A stretch of 64,000 nt of DNA from a virus, in IMG/VR virus record IMGVR_UViG_3300010885_011653, positions 1 to 64,000 of that record; one strand, 5' to 3'. The notes beneath the pieces were generated by a model that saw only the letters and a list, made by a program, of their open reading frames with translations, was not told the origin of the DNA and searched no databases. Shown one piece after another: positions 46,363 to 56,000 of this stretch. Each line of letters opens with the position of its first letter. The stretch's first letter is position 1. The position numbers and the translations under genes are program-made.

Positions 46363-47070
46363 TTATCCTATTGAGCTTAGATTAGTTAATGTCTGAACTC
46401 GTACTGTGTAATCAATTTGAATTAATCGGTTCAGAGCTTTTTGCACTGGGTGGAATACCACGTGTGTTAACAATAAGCCAGTACTAAGCAACCCACCGGT
46501 GCCATCGGTACTACGACCACGTAATCCTAGTTCGTCAAATACATATTCGCTGTTTAAGTTTTGACTGTTATCAAACAAGGCCTGGCCACTGGGCTCGCCG
46601 TAATCTAATAGACAGCTAATCAAAATGTCTGTGTAAACTGTGCCAGGAATATGTGTGATTGTAATTTTGTTGTTTGATGGATCAGCATTGGCAATAGCAG
46701 TATTATCTACAATCTTACTATATGTTGGATTGTATAGACTAGCATTTTGACCCACAGTATTTGTGGGCAAGTAGGTAATAATACCAGTAGTGTCTACACT
46801 AGTGCCGCCGTTGCCAAATGTCATTTCGTAAATAAAGTTCTGTCCTTTATTACCAATACTGTTTGCTAACGCTACAGAGAAATTTTCGTAGTGGATTGCG
46901 TTGGACTTATCAATATAAACTTCACCCGACTTGGGGTCAAATATTTTGATGTGTCCTCTGACATAGATTCCAGATGATTCATCTGGTTTTTTCATAGTAT
47001 TTTCCACTGCTTTTTCCTCTATTTTGTGTTTGTTATCGTTCTCGGAACGGTTGTTATCAGTATTTATCAT
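46363..47070 (-). CDS. virion structural protein (true start probably GTG at 47007)
   Basis: GHIKIFD...NAIHYEN, FDELGL, LLTHVVFHPVQK.LNR.IQIDYTVR; an ATAAATAC at 47060-47067 lies inside the track start. Confidence 0.7.
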   Translation of the reverse strand: MINTDNNRSENDNKHKIEEKAVENTMKKPDESSGIYVRGHIKIFDPKSGEVYIDKSNAIHYENFSVALANSIGNKGQNFIYEMTFGNGGTSVDTTGIITYLPTNTVGQNASLYNPTYSKIVDNTAIANADPSNNKITITHIPGTVYTDILISCLLDYGEPSGQALFDNSQNLNSEYVFDELGLRGRSTDGTGGLLSTGLLLTHVVFHPVQKALNRLIQIDYTVRVQTLTNLSSIG

Positions 47071-47076
47071 GTATGT

Positions 47077-50000
47077 TTAGCCTTTACTTGCCTTCAGGAA
47101 TTCTGCTTGTACTGTAGTGCTGTTGACTATGCCTGTTCCATCAGTTGCATATCCAACGCCTGGATTGTACCAAATATTGCCTTGTAATAATCTAGTATCA
47201 GCAGAAACATTGGCAAATCCTGACTGTGTAACAGTACCAAGCACATATGAACTAGTTACATAAGCCGGTGTTTGAGAATCGTTAACAAATATTGAGCCCA
47301 CTGTATTGTCAAAGCCTTGTTCGTCGAAGCCAACAGGACCATTTACGTTACCGTCAAATAGTTCTGGCAATCCTTCAATTGTTCCATTAACTAGCAGTAC
47401 TGGAATAGTTTTAACATTGCTTACAGTTTCTAAAACTTTCATGGTACTGATTGTTATTGTATTACCAGCAAATGCCAAATTGGCTGCTACATTACCGGCA
47501 AATAACAAGTTAACTGCTGTGCTACCAAACGCTAGTACAGCATTACCTGACGACACTACATTGGCAAAATACGTAGCATGTACGTTGCCTTTAACTTGGT
47601 AAGTGTTGCCGCTATAGTATATCATTTGTGCTGTGGTTACAGTATTGGCTGTCCATACAGGATTGTTATTAGCACTAACGTTGGCAAAGTACGGAGCATG
47701 TACGTTACCAGTTACGTGATAAGTATTGCCACTATAGTACATGGTAGTAGATGTGATTGCAGTATTAGCTGTCCACACTGGATTGTTATTAGCACTAATA
47801 TTAGCAAAGTGTTCAGCAAATACATTACCGCTGGTAATGTACGAGTAGCCATTCAGGCTATTATAAGTATATTCGCCTGTTAATACATAGGTATTTGCAG
47901 TCCAATTACTTATAATAGTTCGTTGTGTAATAGTATCACCAATGTTTGCACTGACTATTAAAGTTAAGTTGGCTCCATAACTTACTATGTCAGTTGCTTT
48001 GTATGCTGTATTGGCAGTTACCAAAATATTACCCAATGTGGTACCAGGAATAATTTGTTGTTGGCCGGCATCAACTACACTAGAACCTGCTACATGAACA
48101 TTTGGCGTATACGTACCATCAACACCACGACGTAATTGTGCAATCGTATTGGTAGACACTTGTCGCACATTGGATTTAATAGTGTTAAATCCAGAGTTTT
48201 CGCCTGTGTACAATAATGTTAAGTTGGCTTCGATTGCTGCAAATGACGGAGCTCGAACATTACCAGTTACAATGTAACTGTTTCCGCTATAGTAAAGATT
48301 GGCATTAATGTTGTATGCTACGTTGGCAGTCCAAGGAATATTAGGTGCATAAACATTACCTTTGGTAATGTAAGTATTACCTGCATGGCCGTCGTTTGTT
48401 ACCAAAGTTGCTGTACTGATAACTGTATTAGCAGACCATACCGTTGGAGTTTCTAAACTATAATTTCTCCAGTAGGTAATTTTTTCACCATTGATAAACA
48501 CATAGCCAGGTATATCTAAATCCGGATCTGGGTTAGGTAGTTTAGTAGCATCATTGACTAAAATTTCTATGTCTCGAATGCTTAAATTACTAGACAGTAC
48601 TGTGGTGTTTGCTGCCGCAATACGCAAGAACGAGTGTTCTTGATTCATATTATCCAGAAATCTGAATTTCAATAACTCTGGATCAATGTTTTGAGTTACA
48701 GTCAAGTTTAAACTATCGTACATGCGTCCCGGAACTAATTCATCAGGAGCATAGCTACTAAACGTATCTACGTATGCTCCGCCATCTACAAATATAGCAT
48801 TAGGATCAATACCCAAGTTATCAGCATAACTGCTGGTAACAATAGCATCTAGCTCTTGTCCTATGTAAGTATTGCCATCAATGATTACTCCGGGATAACT
48901 TAGACCTGCCTGTGTTATACTTAGATCAATGTTGCCTTGAGTAGAAATAATACGATCGTTGGCATTGTTAAAATCGCCTGCATATATCTGTGTAACAAAA
49001 TCAATTGGGAAATTTACTGACCCAGTTGTAGTATTACCGGTAATAGTATAAGCATTGGCCAAGTTGTATAACTTGCTGTTTATTACTAAAATTGTATTGG
49101 CTGGAATTACATTACCAACGCTGGTATTAGCGGTTAATGTATCCCAGAATACAAAAGTATTTGCTGAAGTATAGTTAATACGGTCAAACTTCATAGTAGT
49201 ATTAATACTTCTTATTACGTTATGTCCTTGATTCGCGCCGTCGTATACATTACGCAATACTGCTCGTGCGCGAGCGTCGGTACCTGTTCCCTCAATTTTA
49301 ATTTCAGGAATAGTAGTAAATCCTTCGCCGCCTTTGGTTACATATATTCCAGTAATCTGACCACTGGAGTTAACTGCCGCGTATGCTTTGGCACCTGATC
49401 CGTTACCACCATACACAACAATGTCAGGAGGAAATAAGTAATCTTGTCCAGCATCTTCAACAATAATATCAACAACTTTGTACTTGTAATTTTGTGCCCA
49501 GTTGTAATATAAATTTTCTGTTAATAACAATGGATCATAACTTTGTTCGCCGCTTGGACTACGATATACTTGCAATGTTTTATCATAGTATGCTGGCAAA
49601 TCAAAGTCAGTAACATCACCGCCATAATTATCATTGCCGATATAATCAATTACAAATTCGCGCACGGCTGTTCTATATGGTGTAACTTCGTTCATATAGT
49701 CAAGATAGTAATTTTGATTATCGGCAATGTACGCAGGGAAATGCTCAAGTTTTCTAATATATTGTGTAGCACTGATAAAGCTGGTTTTGAATACCCAATC
49801 AAGATTCTTTTGTTCTGTTAATGCATACTTGATCATTATAAAGAATAAAGTATTGTATTCAGCTGCCAGGTCTTCGATAAGGATTTCGTTTTGTATTGCC
49901 AGTGCAAGTTGACGCATTTCTTTTGCAGGAATGCTGGTAGTATCAATTTGTACTGTGCCGTTTTGAATTCCCACTAGTGTGGTAGTCAAATTAGGGTTAA

Positions 50001-53000
50001 CATAGTAAACAGCAAATTCGCCTGATCCATTGTCTAGAACTTTGATATACGTGCTGGCAACCAGTGTAAGTTTACCTAATTCAACACGATTGGCCACAGT
50101 AACATCGGGGGTTCTGGTAGGATCGTATGTTGACTCATACCAATCAATTGATGTCCAATATAGACTAGTTTTGTAACTTTGTATTCTAGAAACAGACCAT
50201 GCGGTTCCCGACCAAGTGTAGATAGCCCATTTAGTATCTTGTGTGCTATCATTCTCTACTAGAATTTTATAACCAGTGGCAAAGTTTGCAGCATTTAGAT
50301 ATCCAAGATCTTCTTTAGTTGCAACAACTTGATTGTATGCACCAGTTAAAGCACTGGGTGTAGGTTCATTGCTGTTTAGTGTAGTCAACACTCTGCGGTC
50401 AACTACAGGATATGTTGACAAAACAGCATTTACAAATGTTAGATAATTTGTCCAAGCCAATGTTCTATTGACAAACATGCTTTGTCTTGGCCGTATATCG
50501 ATACCGTAACTTTGTGCAGGTGTTAGTGCAGGATCAGGTACAGTTTGCCCAAACAAATCTTGTCCGGACAGGCTGTCAATTAATTTATTTTTAATTACAT
50601 CAGGTATTGTGCTTGCAGGGTTTCCTTCTTGCACTAAAGCATACTCGCTGTGAATTAAACCTGAATCTACAGCTTTATTACCTAGATGTACAACACTATT
50701 TTGCCCAACTAGTTTATTTTTAATATTGTAAATTGCTATAGTATCGTTACGTAAAACGGTAGCGTACGGTATACCCTGACTTTGTGGATTTTCAATTGCG
50801 GCTGCAATACTATATGCGCTGTTTGTTTTTCCTGTTTGGTAACTAATAGAATCTTTGTTCTTTACCCAGAAGTAATACTTTAATCTAATGGTGCCACTTT
50901 GATCCACGTAACCGTAGGTACTATATGCGCTGTCATCTGAATGCAACGGAGTACCTGTTCCAGTGTACTGGCTTGGCAATACGTAACTTTCTGTCCATTC
51001 ATATACATTAATTTCGCTGCCAGGGAATAACTCTCCCCAATGATTTAGTCTATAAATCAGTGCATCTTGTTCGTAATCTATATAACGTGCATTGTCAAGA
51101 TCCCACCAAATTTTTCCAACTTGTGATGGACCCCAGTGAAAATCTTCGTGGATATCGCCGGTTCCTGCGTTATAAAGTGCAGGGTCATGTGTATGTTTGT
51201 AATCAATGTCTTGATCAACTGTAGACAATACTTTGCCTTTGGCAGGATCTATAAAATCAACCGCTGCCAAAATATTATTGTCTGATTTGTTATAGATGAA
51301 TGTTCTACCAATGCTGTTAATATCAACTTGAACTTGTTGCTGTCTTGTTAATTCCCATGCACGAGATTTTGAAATGTTTTCATAAATTTGAACATCTCCA
51401 GCTGAATTATTAGTTCCCGGAGCACCAACCATCATAACATCTCTGGTAACTGTAACGCTTGACCCAAATTGGTCGCCGGAGTCAACTTGAGCAGATAAGT
51501 CATCAGTATAAGAATACGTGCCCAGGTCATTGGCAACTGTTTGATCAATAATTGATTCAAACAAATATATTGCGCCGCTGTTAGACACTTGGTCAACAAA
51601 GTATGTTGTTCCAGCATCAATTGATAATGCATCGCCGTCAAATGTTGTATCTTCGTCTGCGGCACTACCGGAACTACCAACAGCCAGCACCACTGCATCA
51701 CCAGTGATACTCAAACTACTACCAAATTGTCCAACTTGTGCATCTGGATGCACTATAGACTCTTTAAATACATAACTGGTACCATTATATGTATATCGCT
51801 CAACCAGTCCATTAGCATTACCGCTGGCTAAACTATTTGGTATACCCACAAATAAGTTTCCTGCTGTACTATCTATGGCTAAACTTGCACCAAATCCAGC
51901 ATTAATGTTTTTATACTGACTGGTTAAAGTCTGCCCCAATGTAAATGCATTTGCAGTTCTTGAGTAAACATACAGATTACCATTGCCAATGACCCCATTA
52001 GTATCGTTCGACGCACCAACAAATAGTCGTGTTCCATTGGCATTGGTCTTGATAGCAGTGGCCGCAACAGTTAAACTTGATACCAATGTATAACTGGCTG
52101 CACTGGCCACATTACTTGTGTAATATGCTTGTACTTGTGATACTGTTGGTTCGTTTACATATAACCAATGTCCGTCGGCACTCATAGCAATGTTGGCTCC
52201 AAACTTGCCGCTAGCGTTTGCCGAATGCAACATTTGTAATTTAGTGTGTGTACCGTTATTGTTATAGTAAACATGTACGTTGCCGGCAGTAGGTGCACCA
52301 ATTGCTAATAAATTAGCCTGTGTGTCAAAACTACTGCCGAAGCTGGCGTTTATGTTACTGATAGTTTGTGCTGTTGAGAACTCGTAATCAACATTGGCAA
52401 ATACCTGTACACTCTTGTTGCCAGGATTGCCTGCATACAACCAACGTCCATTGGAACTTATGGCTGTTGTTGAACCAAATTGATCATTGGATGTAACTGT
52501 GTTGGCTGTAACTGTTACACTAACATTAGACACCCACGGACGATTGTATGTGTAAACACCCCAGCCATCTTGTGTGGCATTGTTAACCCAAATATGATCA
52601 TGTGATTTCCATCCGTTCAAAGGGCGAATTGAATCTAATTCAGTAATGCGATTAATTACTGCTGAATCAAGACTATATATTACTCCGTTGCCAACTGCTC
52701 TACCGCTGGTTGAGATTAATTTTGTTGGATCGTCAAGTTCTATAGTAACGCTTAGTAAGTCTGGAACATTTACTACTCTGTACAATCCGTCAAACAAGGG
52801 ATTAAAATTATCTAAGATAAAATAATCATTGCTATTGAAACTATGTGCATTGTCAAAAGTCAATTTAGCGTAAGTGTCAAGGGTGTATGCCATCTTAATA
52901 GCCTGACTTCTAGTTGCGTTGATACGCAACACATTCCAGTTTTTATTATAATCTTTTGCTACCCAAATCTTTTTACCCACTACCGGATTGTCAATCATTG

Positions 53001-56000
53001 ATAGTTTAGTAATATCAAATACCTGGTAATCAACATCCTGGACATTGATATATCCACAATCAGGTAAATCACCAATATACAAATTGTTTACACGATTATT
53101 ATATAATTGAGTACTTGTTGTAGTCAGATTACTTGATGTATATATATTTGACTGTACTAGATCAACTACAATATTACCAGTGCTGTAAGTATCAGCATAG
53201 GTAAATGCCACTGGGTTGGTCTTAAATGTACTTTGGTCTAATATAAACTCTCTGTACTGATTGTTGTTTACATCTCCATATACACCAACGCGAAACGCCC
53301 ATTCTTCGTAGGTACTAATTGTACTGTTAATGTTATTAAACTGTGCTTTGGTCAAAGCGTCTATAGCATTTTTTGTGCCTTTTTGTTTGATATATCCTTG
53401 ATAGAATTTTGTCTGTGTCGGGATACTCATGCCTAAATCTGTCAAGTACGGACGTTCACGGAATCCAATCAGACCCGAACTAAACATTTGTACCTGCTCG
53501 TCGACTGGAGGATTGTCTATGTCATAGATATTAGTAAACATCTGTGCATTTGTACCCGGAGTAGGTAATAATCCTGTTTGTATAGAACTGTACGGAATCT
53601 CTGTCCATACTGTGATATTGAATGTTTCGCTGGCCAATACATCCATGCTTGCAGTATAGTATGCATCATTATAAACAACAAGATCGCCCATGCGATAGTC
53701 TTGTCCTGGAATCCATGCATTAATATCCGGGTTACTATATATGTACCCAGCTGGGCTAATTGCACCCGACCAAGCACCTGTTTTAAATCCCGAGACTTTT
53801 AATCTATATTGTCTTGCTCCTTGTTCGGGTATGTAAATTACATCGCCAAAATCATCAACATTGTCAAATATCAACGTGCTTTCATACTGAACAAAATTTA
53901 GTTTAACTAATCCAATTGTAGATCCATTGATAGTATCAAATTGAAATCTATTTTCGCCAGGAAAATCAGTTCTTATAATATTAAAGTGCTGACTCTTAAT
54001 AGGTACATAGTTTTGATCTAATACAATACCTTGCCCGGGCATGTTACTAATTTCGTCAACGATTGAATCAGTAGAAGTAATAAACACTCGAGTTGACGCA
54101 GGAGTTAATACAAGAATAGTTCCAAGGTCCCAGCCTTGCTGTGCCCAGAATAAGAATTCTTTAATGCTTAGTCTAAAGTTTTTAGTTTCGCCGAGATCAT
54201 CGTCAAATGTTTGAAATACAAAACCCTGCGCTACCAAATGACGTTCGTAACTAATTAAGAAATCGGCTATTTGTTGGGCTGTAGCAAAAGTAGTTCCGTA
54301 TGGTATAGTAATAGACCGATTGCTACTGTCTTGATATATTTTTACAGCAAGATTGTCTACTTTAATTGTTTCTACTTTGTTGTTGGCAACACTAGGTAAT
54401 ATAGTAAAGAACGGATCTGTACTGTCATATCCCTTGACAGAATATCCAGATTCAGTTCTTTCAACAACAACAGCACTATATGTAATTGTGCGATTTGGCA
54501 CAGGCTTACCAATATAAGTCTCATAATTAGAATCTGGTATTATAACACTAGAGTTTGTGGTACCCGGGCTAGTTTGTTCTGCACTTACGGTAATAAGTTT
54601 TTTATCTGTAAAGCCACTGCATCTATACGCCAACTGTACAGATAAATTTTGATAATATGTGTTTAACTTAGTAACAGGATCAATACCGTAATTCTTAATA
54701 GAATCAGCAATCCAATTGGCATATCCGCTGGTACGCAATACAGTACCAGTGGTAGTATCACCGTTGACTACCAATGCCGTTGGTGTAATTTTTTGATTGG
54801 TCGCACTAGAAAACTGTCCAGTAACTTCATTAAAATAAAATCTACTGGTATCCAATTGGCTAGCAAAATACTTTGCTGGTCTAGCCAGTGCTAATCCCTG
54901 TTGAACTGCAAAAGGAAAATCACTACTACGACGCCAGGCTGTTTCTGCAGGGCCTTGGTGACCTATTGCAAATTTGTTATCTATTGTACGATTACTGTAT
55001 TCTTTAATAATCCCAATTGCTGTTGGGGGCAATAAATTACCAGCTGTATCTACAGGAATGAAATTGGTCAATCCGGGACGTGCAAATCTTGTATCGTAGT
55101 AGGCGGATCCGTTATTCCAAATATATCCAGCTTCAAGATCTTCCCATAATGTAGCATTACCAGAAGTATATGGACTTGGACCATAACGATCTTGCCACCA
55201 ACTCGGCTCATCGCTGATACCCAGCATACGCCACGGAAACAAATTAGGGCTTACTGTATCAAACCAGTGATTGTAAATTGCTCTCCAACTGCCTTGCAAT
55301 TTTACACCATCTAATCCGGTAAATTGACTGTAATTCCAAGTCCATGGATCACCTGCATTAAACCAAGTATTAGATGCATAATCAACTTTATTTGATCCTA
55401 CCCAATATAAGAAATTTTGACTTAATAATCTATTCCATTCGCCCGAACTGTAATCCGTGGACCTAAACTGACCAGGAATAGTATCGTAAAGATCCAAAGT
55501 ATTGTTAGTGTAATTGGCCTTAATGTTGTTGTATATGCGTAACTCAAGTTCCAGTAGGTATTGGTCTCTGAAGTCGCCGAACGCCGGGGTAATACTACCA
55601 TCGTGTCCTCTGAGTACTTCTGTGGGAGTTAGGTATGTTGTATCTGTAAAAAGTTCAGGAGTAAACTTTGGATACAATCCCAACTTGGTTGGTGTTTCGG
55701 GAATAAAGTTTCCGTCTGTGTTGTAATAGTCACGTATCACAAGTATGGTACCAATGCTTAACGGAGTCGTTAAAATAATAGAAGGAGCTAAGTTATTAAA
55801 TTCGTAGTCAACTCCTTTGACCAATTGTGTTCCGTTTACATACACTAGAACTGCACGATTACTTAATTGTGTATCATCAAAAATTGAACTGATTTCATAA
55901 TTGGTCTGTCTGGCATTAAGAACTGTATAAACTACTTCGTTGTATTCTGCCCCGTATGGAACCATATCGCTATAGTACCAAGGAAAATTAGAGTTCTTAA

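Noticed and set aside
47561-47830. Near-identical repeats as a diversity-generating retroelement TR/VR pair
   Set aside because: They are adjacent in-frame tandem repeats, differences are not confined to adenines, and no reverse transcriptase is in the window.
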